DNA of 64,000 nucleotides from Octopus vulgaris (GCA_951406725.2 OX597820.1:84382001-84446000), one strand, 5' to 3'; shown: positions 14,199 through 27,002, counted from the stretch's first letter. A program made the numbers and translations. The notes: generated from the letters alone by a model not told the origin.

Positions 14199-15400
14199 CA
14201 CTGAACTGCAAAAGAAAAGTGAGACATTTCTGACTGCGAAATATGCTTTAATTTCATTGTGTCAGAGATATTGATAAATCTGATAACGTCAATTTCTTAG
14301 ATGCTTTTTGACCACAGCCTATGGGTCGTTGTCATGTGTTCTAGTAGCGGGCTGATCCAGCACATCGATATTGCCGAGCGTGACTTGTTCAATACCGTGT
14401 ATTCCCTTCCTGGGTGATCAAAACGGCCACACAACCTCGGTACATGGAGTGTATGGGGCGGTCCATAAAAGCTATTGGCATCTGTGCTCACACCCTCAGG
14501 AAAGCCACCTCAAATTCTACACGATTTGTCGGCCTTACGACTACCTAGTTCAGCCGTCTCTGGATTTCATCCCACAGGTGTTCAATTGGGTTCAAGTCCG
14601 GGCTGAGAGCCAGGCACCGCATGCTTCTGATGTTGTCCTGACGCTGGAAGTCCATGTTGACCCTGGCCGTGCGGGACGGAGCATTGTCCTGCAGGAAAAA
14701 GTGGCTATGATGACGCGCGAATGAAGGGCATGATGTGAGGTATTAGCATCTGGTCAACGTAGAGCTGCACTGTGATGTCATTCTCTCTGCCTGCACCAAC
14801 ATTTTTGAACACATGGGACCCAATTCTCTGATTCAAGTCTATAGTAACCCAAACAATGATGTTTTGGCCACCCCACACGTCTCTGTAGCGTTCACCGCTC
14901 CCACGCTACAACCTCATTCCGCCATCAGAGGTGGAAACCCAGTACCAGCTCTCGCCAGAGAAGACTATCGATATTCATTGTTGATGCTGCCTATGTTGGT
15001 GCTGTGTAACGCACAGTAGTTGTGCCTGACGGTGGCTAGTGGTAAGGACAGGCCCTCGAGGAGGACGACGACAATGCAGGTTTTTTGCGGCCAGTCGACC
15101 TCGTACCACGTTGTCGCTGATTGGTCGCTGTCCAGTGCGAAAGGTCACGCGAGCTGTCACACTAGCCAGTCTGAAACGATCACAGAGATGTTGCAGGTGG
15201 ATGTAACTGTCCTGTAACTGCATCGTCGCAAGGAAACGAACTCTTCGAGCATGGTCTGCAGTGCTGTTGATGTTGTTGTATCGCTGTTGCAGGCGGTAGA
15301 TGGACATTGTAAGCTTTCGCAAAAGCCAGGGCATGCTGCCCTGCTTGCAATCGGCCGATGGCTTATTCTTTCAGAGGAGTGAGCGGGGACTGTTCAGACG
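14199..15400 (-). mobile_element. Decayed Tc1 DNA transposon
   Basis: TA|CACTGAACTGCAAAAG terminus. Transposase pieces AIGRLQAG, ORF 14975-15334, FLQDNA and SPDLNPIEHLWDEI. The second TIR was not found. Confidence 0.88.
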
Positions 15401-15599
15401 CCGCAAGACACGTTCCAACACTAACCCTTTTGTTTTTACTTTTCCGGGATAGCGCTCACATAGGACCATTCATTCTCAACATGCGAACCACTTCCTAACC
15501 TTAATCTGCCTTCGTAGAAGGAAAACAAAAAAGTGTGTCAATCATTATTCAGAAATGAAAGTGCCTGTCTCCAATCCTTTTTATACGTGTTCGCCATAT

Positions 15600-16260
15600 A
15601 GCCTCTTTCGCTATAGTGACCACAACGAGAAAACAAGCCTTACCTTCTCTGCTCAGTGAGGGAGGTGGATCGATATTTATAACAGAATCGGACGACAGCT
15701 GTATTCTTCTAAGCCTAGACATCAGTCGTTCAACGCAAACCCATAGCCCTGAAATCCTCGCACCCTGCCAAAATGCGTGCAGAACAGTTTCTCTGTCATG
15801 TCCGCTGTTGTGATCGATCCTTCACAGCATTTCGCAAATTATCCCGAGAGACGCGGCAAACCGGCGAGGAAGTCCGTAGGGTCCACCCTGCGCTCTGGTC
15901 CTCCGCTTCTCCCGAAAAGCTGACCGAAATGCTCATAAAACCCCTTGCACATCTCCTCGGGTTCGTTTGCCAATTGCCCTTGGTTGTTCATCATAGACCT
16001 TATTCTGGCATCGTTGCCATGCTGGGCTTCTACTACACGGACCCCTCCCGCAGCGTTGATTCCTTCTCGACCTATGACACGAACCTTAGACCTGATAATG
16101 CAACCTTCGTGTTTAGCCTCAAGATGATAGTTGTGGGCCATTTAAGAAATTGTTGCTGTGATTATTTTTTCCTAAATCATTATATTATCCCTTAAAACCG
16201 ATCGTGGGGCGATCACGATATTTCAAAGTCAAGGCAGATTTTAGGATGATATGGTTGATT
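15600..16260 (-). mobile_element. L1/Tx1-like LINE ORF2 fragment
   Basis: ORF 15839-16141 (EGCIIRSKVR..EG..IRSM..QG..EPEEMCKGFYEHFGQLF) resembles the EN-RT linker of L1/Tx1. Confidence 0.6.
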
Positions 16261-16284
16261 TTTTTAGGAAAAATTGCTTGTCTG

Positions 16285-16462
16285 GGTAGGGGATTAGTCA
16301 ACTAAATCGACCTAGCGTTTAACTGGTTCATATTTTATCGACCGCCGAAAGGGTGAAACGAAAAGTCGACCTTGGGGGAATTTGACCTGAGAACACAAAG
16401 ACGGACGAAATGACTCTAAGCATTTCGCTCGGCGTGCTAACGATTCTGCCAGTTCACCGCCC
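16285..16462 (-). mobile_element. tRNA-derived SINE (family 1), degenerate
   Basis: Minus-strand head GGCGGTGAACTGGCAGAATCGTTAGC with A/B-box-like motifs. Homologous to 19193, 26010 and 27838. Confidence 0.8.
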
Positions 16463-17614
16463 AAACAACATTAATATTAACATTGTCTTGAGCTGTTCTC
16501 CCGAGGGCGACATTGTCTTTCACTTCTTCGGGGTTGATAGAATAAATACCAGTTGATGACTGGTGTCGATGTAATCGACTTACCTCACACCAATATTAAA
16601 ATCGTCCTAATTAAAGAGGGTTAAAACAGAACGAACAGACGATTCCATTCGATCCCGAGTAATAACTAGTTATTCATTTCAGGAAAAATTTAAAACGTGG
16701 CTCATTTGGGAAATGAAGAATTTATGAAAAACATGAGAAAAATATGAGACAAGTAATAAAATATAGAAAGGGAGAATGAATATCACAAATATAGAAAAAA
16801 AATTGGTATAGTGGAATAAAAGTGCAAAGGAATTTATGTAAGATAAAGAAGGGGGAAAGGTAATAGCAGAAAATTCGACGGAAGGAGTAATCTTAGGTTT
16901 GATTCATACCGTAGTTATATTGATAAATATATGAAGTTCTAAATTTTTCGTACCATTGAATTATTGTTTCTCCGACATGAACGTGCAATTTAAAAATCTA
17001 AAGACGCTTACAAATACAAAACGGAAATAAATGCATTGCTAAATATAACATATGCTTTGGTAATTATTAAGTTAGTTTGGAAATCAAAATCGATTTTTTT
17101 TTGTTTTCAGCTAAAAATGTTGTTTTTATTTCAGCTAAAAATTTTCAAATGCCACAAAAGAATGTCGATTACTGAAGAAAGCAAGAGAAAATATTTTGGT
17201 TACAATCAAACAAAAGATGGCAGTAAACAGTTCTATTAATGTCTCTATAAACATAGAATTAATCAAGCAATTTCGAATTCCTACAGTGAATTCATGGCTT
17301 TTTGTTCTACAGCCGGAAGTTCAAGTTGTGAGACACATTATAAATTCAAATGTAATGAAGTTAAATAAATAATAATGCCCTGAAAATATAGGACTCATCT
17401 CTGATGTAAATGCGTTGTATAAAATAGAGTAATATTGAGTTATGACCTGAATATACGCCGAAATGTACTGCAATTTTAAATGAATAATATTTGGTCGAAT
17501 GACGTTATTTCAGTAATGTTGGTAAAATTGAAATGTTTATATTCTCACATAATTTTACACGCAATGATTGATTAGTTTCTGAAGGATATAAAATAAAGCT
17601 ATCGATGGCACGCA

Positions 17615-17767
17615 ACATAAATGTGTATATGTGTGTATGTTTGTAGATGCTTACATAAACGTGTATATGTGTGTATGTTTATAGAGGCTTACATAAACGT
17701 GTATATGTGTGTATGTTTATAGATGCTTACATAAACGTGTATATGTGTGTATGCTTGTAGATGCTTA
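17615..17767. repeat. 38 bp minisatellite, 4 copies
   Basis: ACATAAACGTGTATATGTGTGTATGTTTATAGATGCTT-like units at 17615, 17653, 17691 and 17729. Confidence 0.9.
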
Positions 17768-18175
17768 TGCATGAGCGTGTGTGTTCACCAATGCGCGTGA
17801 ATGAATTTATGTGTGTGCATGTGATGCTCTTAATGGTAGGAAAGTTTTTAAAGTAGCTTAAAGGAAGTAGGAGAAATACGAAGAGGAACGAAAAAATTGA
17901 GTGGGGAGGAACAATTCCTAATAGTGTTAAGCTTAAGTCAATTACATTCATTTGCAGTTAGAAGTATATTTTTAAACATATACATGGAAATGAGATATAG
18001 ATGTGAGAGACAGATGCAAACGATGGTTAAAAAAATGATGATGTTGAATACGATGATGAAGACGATGACAATGATAGCAAACGTATCATTAATCATTCTA
18101 TCATTAATATCAATATTGATAGTAATAATAATATTGCTATTACAAACATCGACAGTGAGATGATGGTGACGAAAA

Positions 18176-18215
18176 ACGACGAAGACGACGACGACGACGT
18201 TGATGATGATGATAT

Positions 18216-18263
<48 letters not shown>

Positions 18264-18271
18264 CGATGATG
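18176..18271. repeat. (GAC)n/(GAT)n microsatellite
   Basis: Directly visible. Confidence 0.9.
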
Positions 18272-18675
18272 CTTTAATAGTAACAGTAATAACTTAAAAA
18301 CATGGTATTGCTACGAATACATGCACCGAGAGACAAATCGTGTACTGAGAATGGTACTCACGGATGTGAAAAATATATTAAGCTCATAATCATGATATTA
18401 ACGATTCTGTTCAGTCTACCCAGCTTTAAAATTGTATCCACCGAAAAATGGTAAACGTGTTTCTCCTCGATATCTATTTTTTATGCACTCCCGAGCCATG
18501 TGCAAGGAAGCCGAAAGAAACTCCACTCTCACGATCGGATACTGAAATAATGTGTTCGAGCGACGGCTTCCTGTAGAGTAATATTGTTATAGGCATGTAG
18601 TTTGAAAAATATTTGATCCATATTGTTAAATGGAGAAGTAAAACTTGTATCGTTTCTTCTACTATCATCACCACT

Positions 18676-18880
18676 TCTTTTACTCTTTTACTTGTTTCAG
18701 TCATTTGACTGTGGCCATGCTTGGAGCACGGCCTTTAGTCAAGCAAATCGACCCCATAACTTATTCTTTGTAAGCCTAGTACTTATTGTAAGCCTAGTAC
18801 CGCTAGGTTACGGGGACGTAAACACACCAGCATCAGGTGTCAAATGATGTTGGGGGGGACAAACACAGACACAAAAGCAT

Positions 18881-18959
<79 letters not shown>

Positions 18960-19119
18960 TACAACGGGCTTCTTTCAGTTTCCGTCTACCAAATCCACTC
19001 ACAAGGTTTTGGTCGGCCCGAAGCTATAGTAGAAGACACTTGTCCAAGGTGCCACGCAGTGGGACTGAACCCGGAAGCATTTGGTTCGTATGCAAGCTAC
19101 TTACCACAGAGCCACTCCT
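18676..19119 (-). mobile_element. tRNA-derived SINE (family 2) with internal (TA)n(TG)n
   Basis: tRNA-like head (TGGCTCTGTGGTAAG..GGTTCAGTCCC), CORE-like middle and (GTAAAAGA)n tail. Homologous to 56093-56507 and 49430-49660. Confidence 0.88.
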
Positions 19120-19192
19120 AACCCTAACATTAATGGTTTCAAAGTTTGGTACAAAGCTAGGAATTGTGAGGGCCGTTATAAATCGATTACCT

Positions 19193-19423
19193 ATTTCTTT
19201 ACTACCAACAAGGGGCTAAACACAGAGGGGACAAACAAGGACATACAAACGGATTAAGTCGATTATATCGACCCCAGTGTGGAACTGGTACTTAATTTAT
19301 CGACCCTGAAAGGATGAAAGGCAAAGTCGACCTCGGCGGAATTTGAACTCAGACCGTAACAGCAGACGAAATACGGCTACGCATTTCGCCCGGCGTGCTA
19401 ACGATTCTGCCAGCTCGCCGCCT
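19193..19423 (-). mobile_element. Young family 1 SINE with 14 bp TSD, nested in an older family 1 copy (~19133-19590)
   Basis: TSD TAAATCGATTACCT at 19179-19192 and 19424-19437. Confidence 0.88.
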
Positions 19424-19777
19424 TAAATCGATTACCTCGACCACCATTTGGGACTGGTAAGTGTTTCATCAACAACGAAAGAATGAATGTCAAAGTCATC
19501 TTCGGCTAATTTGAGTGCAGAATTTAAAGGCAGAAGAACTGCCACTAAGAATTTTCTCCAGCGTGCAGACACTACAGCCAGTTCGTTACCTTTCCGCCGA
19601 TCATAATAATATATACATTATGAGACGTCAAAGACCAGAAAGATTTTGCATCTAAAAATGCAAACAGGTGAGGTGACATGCTACTGAAAATATGATGTCT
19701 GTCAAAAGATATCTGTTTAAAAGAAAATTATTCCTTCTTATAAAATTTGTAATAAAATCGAATTAATAAAATTGTAA

Positions 19778-20005
19778 TTACATGGCGAGGAATTTACGTA
19801 AGATATGTGAGGTACCCATAAGTATGATCTGGTACAATTCACTTATTTTAGGGCTGCCAGTAATCTGTTCGACATATTTGTTGACTCTTTTTGATATTAT
19901 TCCAAGTGCCTCAATGACAGTAGGTAATGTTGATTTGAAATGCCACATTCTTCTGATTTCTATCTCAAAATCCTTATATTTGCTCAATTTCTCAAAATAT
20001 TTTCA
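19778..20005 (-). mobile_element. R4/Dong-like non-LTR element 3' fragment (end of REL endonuclease)
   Basis: EKLSKYKDFEIEIRRMWH..PTVIEALG..LMGTSHILRK. Adjoins (TTC)n(TTA)n. Confidence 0.75.
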
Positions 20006-20011
20006 TTATCA

Positions 20012-20129
<118 letters not shown>

Positions 20130-20417
20130 CGGTGTATATTATTTTTATCAACTGAACTGGAAGTACTTGAAGAGATAAATAATAGCGTGTAGAATTTTCT
20201 GATAAGATCTTTTGTATGGAAACAAATCGATGGCTAGCAAAAGGGATCGACGTGCTAAACAGAAGCAGGATATCAATTTGTTCCCAGTCACTTTAGAGTC
20301 TTTGTGCTAGCCAGCAAGAATTGTAAGATTTCTGTATGATTAGCTTGTTTAGGAGAAATGTAAGAATATGTACATGCATACAGCATGCATACCTACATAC
20401 ATCTATTCATAAAATTT

Positions 20418-20487
<70 letters not shown>

Positions 20488-20525
20488 TACACACATACAC
20501 ACACACGCAAACACATGTATATAAC

Positions 20526-20556
20526 CCTTCATGAGGAGAAACATAATTGTAGAAGG
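20526..20556 (+). ncRNA. Hammerhead remnant lacking stem II
   Basis: CCTTC ATGAGGA GAAA CA-TAAT-TG TA GAAGG. Perfect 5 bp stem I and a stem III, C3A change, no stem II. Confidence 0.45.
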
Positions 20557-21790
20557 CACCAAAATTCGTCACCGGATAATCATTGTTTTTGATGTAATAT
20601 CATTTATTAAAACCTTGTCTATACAACGCATTCGTTCTCAGTATTAAAGAATCATCCTGTACTTCAGAGCCAAATTATATCCATCATCGAACAGCTCATT
20701 TCCCATAATTCTCCCTGGTTTGTTCTTGCATTTGGATAAAGCTTACAAGTCGGGTTGCACTGCATGAAATTTGTACTGCAGAAAATTCCTGGAAATTTAT
20801 GGGAACATAAGAATGTTGTTAACAGTTTTACATGAATATATTCTGGCCCTATAGGTTATTCAATACAGTTTCCATTTATCAAATATCAGCATGTTTTAAT
20901 TGACCTACATAAATTTACAGCCCGTTATTATATACTTACAACTTTACCTATTTTATCTTTTATACATAGCTTTATAGCGGCAACATTAGCATCGTCTGTT
21001 TTATTCAACATGGTATGTTTCGTTTGATATTACCACTTAGTTTTGAATTCACATTGATATCCTCTCACTACTCCTCATTTATTTAACCTATATTTACGAC
21101 CTTTCTTTGATAATCTGATAGAAAGGTCTTCTTTTTTTCCAACTTCCTATTTCTTTATTAGTCTATTTCCACCTACGGCAGCTTTTTCTTTCGTCCTGGA
21201 CCATACATGAATCCCCCTATTTCAAGGTGCCTGATTTTCATGTTTCCGTGTTTCAAATCCATTCAATTCCCATATTGGTACATCAAGGAAACTACTACCT
21301 GACAGAGGAAAGTCAGAGATAAACCACGTGGGCCTTCTAGCACACGCTATGACGTCTACACACAATTCCTTGACTGGATATTAAAGCTACTAACAATGCA
21401 TTTCGGCATTGCCCGGGTGTTATGACCTACAGCCATATTGCATTATTTGTTCCTTTCATATGGGCAGAACCGGCACAGCTGGTGTATAAGGAACTGGATT
21501 ACTGGCGTAACAGAAGTTATTGTTTGTTTAAAAGTGAAACTGGGAGGTACAATTTGCATGGGTTTGCATGATAGTGCTTTCTGTTCTTAAGAAAGATCAC
21601 AAATTATGTATTGTTTCATGGTATAAACGGGTGTTTATACGATTTTTCCCAGAAATCACGTTTTCAGAATTTTAATTCCACCCCCTCCCGTCTCCACCGC
21701 AATTCCTTAATTTGTAATTTTTTTCAAAATATTCTTTTTCTTCACGTAGTAAAATAAAGAGAAAACGAATTTGGGAAATATATATATATA

Positions 21791-21828
<38 letters not shown>

Positions 21829-24173
21829 TTAGTGCGCGCGTATGTGTGTATGTATACACATATCTTTCAAAATTTTATTTTTCTTAAGAAATACTCAATG
21901 CCCCTTCCCCTACCCCGTCCACCCATCATCTACCCTCTTTCAAAAAAGCTAAAACCTCCCGCTATTTCGTCTGATGTATCCCGCATGCGTAGAATTTTAC
22001 TGCAGACCTCAAAAATGCAATACCACAACCGAAAAACCAGACATGCTAGAAATAACATGTAAACGACATTATTTCTGAAGAAACTTCTCCTCTTTCCAAA
22101 GAGTTAAAAATTAAACACTGCAAGTTTGCAGCTTTTTGAATGTGGTGAGTCGATGGGTGCATGTTTGGAAAGGAGAAAAAAAGGAAGAAGAAAATTCTTA
22201 AAGATTCCTTCTCTGTTTCTTTCTCTGTGGATTACCGACAAAAAAATTGCAAAATAGTAGAAATGAAAATCATTGAGAGTGGGGAGGGAGAACATTAAAA
22301 TATTGAGAACGTTTGTCTTGGGCGAAATCCTAATCTCGTGAATCAAAAACATGAGGATCGGAAAAAAATTGAGAAAAGAATAAGGGGAGGGGGAACAAGT
22401 GTCACCTTTGGCATGCAAAAAATAACAGCTAATGGACAAAATTTCTGGAAAAACGTCCTTAGCATTTTATATCGAATGATATGTTTTTTATATATGCTCA
22501 TCAGAAACACAAATTACAGAATAGAAAAATTTCATTTCCATTGCATTTGAGCCGTAATTTTGCACGAGAACATAGCAAGAGATAGCATAAATCGCACAGA
22601 AGTTTACCTAGAAAGAGTGCGTGTGTGCGTGCGCGCGTGGTCTTGTGTGCTCCTGTGTGTATGTGCCGAAGGAAGTTATTCCATGGCATTCTTACATTTG
22701 AAGTAGCATAGTTGTTAACTCGATTACATTGTCGATCATATTGGATCATATGATTGTTCGGTTATTTACGTATTTTTTTTAATTTGTTTATGCTTTGAAG
22801 AGAGCAGAAATTGAAAGGGAGGAGAAAGTGAAAAGGTGACATTTGCATTGCAGTGAGAGCAGGACGTGAAAGAGAGGAGAAAGTGAAAGTTGTATGCACG
22901 TGTGTGTATGAAATGGACGTTTGTTTGCATGTGCGTGAGAGTGGGAGAGGGAGAGAGTGAATGTGTATGTTGCCATGGACGTATTATCTGTATGTATGTT
23001 TAAGTGGCACTTACTCTCTCTCCCTTTCTTTCTCTCTCTTTCTCTCTCTCTCTCTGACACACACATACACAAATACGCATACATAAATACATATTGGCTG
23101 TATGTATGTATGCGTGTACGTATGCATATGAGAGAAAGAGAGAGTGAGTGGCTATTTTCTCATTACAAATTGAGTAATGGATGTCTTTTAATTGTTGAGG
23201 CATTTTTTTTAAATACAATATTTATGAGCACATTTTCATAAATGTTTGTCATAGCAGAATTCTACTCATGCGTGAAACATCCGACGTAAGTGACACATTA
23301 GAAGCAAATCGAAATATTGCTCGAAAATGACCTGAAAATCGTGCGTTTCCGACGTTATTTTCGTAGTAAAAAAGGAGTTATGCCAGAAATATAGTGTATT
23401 TGGTAGCCTTTATCTTGAGTCATCCCATAAAGAAGGCGGTTTTTTTTATGTTTCTTTTCTTTTTAAAAATTAAGGTTAACAAAGCCCTTTCTCAATCTAA
23501 AATATACTCTCTGTCATTTTCTGTAATGCACTTCCATGAAACTGGTAGACTTGCAAATCCCCACTACCAAAATTCACTTGACCGTGACGAAAAATAATTC
23601 ATCAGTACTGTCCTGACCTTGCCTATAGAATTCATATTTTTCCGTTCAAATGATTTTGAAGACTGTGCAATAAATGATAATGAGATGGGACAATATCTGG
23701 CGAATATGGTGGGTGGGGTATCTTTTCACATTCAAACACGCTCTAACATTTATATCAATTGGAAAAGCCGAATAACCCATGGGATGACCCAATAGATATC
23801 GTTAGATGTTGAACAGTTTTCTTTCTTACAGTACATATGTAACTAATTCGGAGAAAAATTACTTTCATTATTCACACATCGTCACTCCCAAAATGCAACG
23901 CTGTAATATTGGTTCAAATTGACATTGTGAAACTATTATTCTTTTCTAACGAAACCTGCTCTTTGTAGGGACGGGTCTTTCAAATAACTAAAACAGGTTG
24001 CTGAGATAAGGACGAGAATATGTAAATGAAAATGAAGTTTGTTTGGTAACCGAAAGATTACTTAATCGTTTGATACCCTATACATAAAAACCCAGTTCTC
24101 GAAGGCATAAGGAAGATGAATAAACACACACACACACACACAAATTCTGTTATATATATATATATATATATAT

Positions 24174-24721
24174 AATTAATCAATATAGGGTGGCAAAAAA
24201 ATTTTGTAGAATTCTTTTGCCACCAGCGGCCTAGTAGGAAAAAATTAAAATAGTCAAAGACCATTTTTAAGTTCAACATCAACAATAAAGGAACGGCCAT
24301 AATAGGCCATTCACCCACTAGAAATAACAGCCAAAGCTTCAACCGCAAATAAAGGTCAATTCAGTAAACCAGGAGAAAATTTAAAAAACATTTACCCTGT
24401 AATTTCTTATACGATATACCGTTTCATCTGCTGATTAATGGTAAACTAACCTGATTAAATTAAATCAAGCCAATCTTCCACAGGCCCTCAGATTCTTCAG
24501 TAAGAAGTATCTGAGGGCCTGTGGAAGATTGGCTTGATTTAATTTAATCAGGTGAGTTTACCATTAATCAGCAGATGAAACGGTATATCGTATAAGAAAT
24601 TACAGGGTAGATGTTTTTTAAATTTTCTCCTGGTTTACTGAATTGACCTTTATTTGCGGTTGAAGCTTTGGCTGTTATTTCTAGTGGGTGAATGGCCTAT
24701 TATGGCCGTTCCTTTTATTGT

Positions 24722-24725
<4 letters not shown>
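24174..24725 (-). mobile_element. (TA)n-flanked fold-back element A (PLE-derived), ~220 bp inverted arms
   Basis: Arms 24278-24498 and 24504-24725 are near-perfect reverse complements (about 4 differences). Carries a hammerhead. Confidence 0.85.
24404..24506 (-). ncRNA. Type I hammerhead ribozyme with complete core and extended stem II
   Basis: Minus strand TTCTTA CTGAAGA ATCTG[~58 nt]CAGAT GAAA CGG-TATA-TCG TA TAAGAA. Stem I 6 bp, stem II 5 bp base, stem III with UAUA loop, GUA cleavage triplet. Confidence 0.82.
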
Positions 24726-24766
<41 letters not shown>

Positions 24767-24777
<11 letters not shown>

Positions 24778-25090
24778 ATTCGAGACAAAACCACTACTTT
24801 GCAAAACAAACAAGGAAAGACTTAATCAATACATAAAAATTTTTAATATAAAGAAATAAACCGCCACTACAATCGTTTCATGTCTTCAATGACATTCGAC
24901 AGGTGGACTTTCGATCTCCTAATCTGTTTTAATTTAGTTTAAAACAGATTTTTATGTATTGATTAAGTCTTTCCTTGTTTGTTTTGCAAAGTAGTGGTTT
25001 TGTCTCGAATTATATTATATAATATTTTACTATAAAATTGGATTTAATCCTAAATCTGATTTTTCCCTGTAAATTTGGATTTATTCCCTA
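24767..25090. mobile_element. (TA)n-flanked fold-back element B
   Basis: Arms ~24767-24842 and ~24948-25020, inner hairpin AATCTGTTTTAA/TTAAAACAGATT, hammerhead in the loop. Confidence 0.85.
24864..24906 (-). ncRNA. Minimal type I hammerhead (A6U change)
   Basis: Minus strand CCAC CTGTCGA ATGTC-ATTGAA-GACAT GAAA C-GATT-G TA GTGG. Confidence 0.75.
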
Positions 25091-25094
25091 ATAT

Positions 25095-25153
<59 letters not shown>

Positions 25154-26009
25154 GAGAGAGAGAGAGAGATTTTATTTAATGAATTCATAACATTCTACAT
25201 TTATTTTATTAGAGGTTGATTTTAAAATAAATTATGTCAACAATAAAACTTCAGTTTAAATATGAATATATTCCTATAATTAGTGTTTATCCTGAAGTAG
25301 TCACAGTGATTTTCAAGGGACTATATGACTATTAACTAATACCGTGTTGTAAACTGTCATCTGTTTTCTATTGTGATGTAATGATATGTGCTTATTCATA
25401 GATATCCTTTATGTATTATGAATTTTCTTTTGTGTGTGAAGCAAATATTAAATATATAGAAATACAGTGTCTGTTAAGATTTACGGAGTGTATAGAGCCA
25501 AACAGACACACATAATCACAAATATATTATAATGTTTTCATTTTTCTACTCGTGTATACATACGTCCAGTGAAGGTGGACGAGTAATCATTAGTAAAATT
25601 GACATAACGTAGCGTTTTAGATTTATATCAAATCTAAGCGAAGCATAAAGTTCATCAATAGTTCACCTTTGCAAATACTACTAGGTTCTGTTTGGCTTAC
25701 ACAATATATATGGAAGAAATTTTAGTGTTGCAATGGACGAAAAAGAAAATAAATCTTTCAACTATGAAGTCTTTATTGCTTCTCACTGTAAACTGCCTGT
25801 GTTCCATAGGCTCCTGCTTTTGAGGGCAATGTTTTACAACTGCAACTTTCACTGGCCTGCCAGTACTTATTTTTTCGTTTCTTAGTGCAACATTTTCCGA
25901 AGTTCATGTTCCTGAAACAGTGCTAAGTTCTACAATACGATTCAAATCGTCAGGAACTCGTGGGTGCATTAACGGTTGCTGTTCATATTGTAGTTGGATA
26001 ACATCGCTT

Positions 26010-26217
26010 TCAACTTTCGGCACAAGGCCAGCAATTTTCTGAAAGGGCAAAGTCGATTACATTGACACTAGTGCTCAACTGGTACTTGTTTTAAGGACTC
26101 CAAAAGGATAAAAGGCAAAGCTGAGTCAGTCAAATTTGAAGTCAGAACGCAAAGATGCACGAAATATCACTTAGCATTTTCCTCGGCGTGCTAACGATTC
26201 TGCTAGCTGATCGCCTT
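26010..26217 (-). mobile_element. Family 1 SINE, degenerate
   Basis: Homology to 19193-19423. Confidence 0.8.
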
Positions 26218-26922
26218 GCTATTGGATAATATAACAATTATCACTTTTATAGTTTGTTCAACTAGTTAAAGCCTCCGTAGTTTTGTGCAAAATACTTTAA
26301 CTTATACTGCTACAGATGAAAATAATTTGCACATGTCACATACTGAAAATAAGGTATCAAATTCTGTCGACATGTCAAAATAAATATGAACAGGAATTTT
26401 AACTATTACAGAAGCGTTTGTTAATTACTGTTACAAACAAATTCATTTTTCTTTCTCTTAGGAATTTGGTACGATTGTGCCTGAGTTGATAGAGAGGCGG
26501 TCAATTAGTAAGGTCGCATCTTTCCAACCTGCTTATTTCTTATGTTCAGTCTTTTTATTTGTCTCTCCTGCTCTCTCTCCCCCTTTCGCTCTCTGTATAT
26601 ATATATATATATATGTACACACACGCATATATATATCCTTGTATCTCTGAAACGGCTACCATCGAAAATGAAAGAGACCGACACAGAAAACTCACCTGAC
26701 TACGGATTAATAGAATTTACATTTATTATTAGGTATGACTAACTATAAGAAAGAATCATGCTTAAACATTGACATCATATTGTGATAATTCCCAATTTGT
26801 ATAAGATGCCTGATTAGTATAGGGTTCATGTATCACAGTAGCACACTTCAGTTTTGAAAATATAAAAGCATTTAGGTTATGTGTAGATTATATATTCTAA
26901 TCCCAAATGTGAACGTTTGTAC

Positions 26923-26999
<77 letters not shown>

Positions 27000-27002
<3 letters not shown>

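Noticed and set aside
19040-19119. tRNA genes at SINE heads (also 19330-19423 and 56093-56160)
   Set aside because: No complete cloverleaf, and they are fused to SINE bodies.
21300-21412. THAP-like start MPKCIV on the minus strand
   Set aside because: The second Cys and the downstream C/H residues are missing, and there are in-frame stops.
22450-22510. CTGATGA on the minus strand as a hammerhead
   Set aside because: A stem II is possible, but there is no GAAA or stem I partner.
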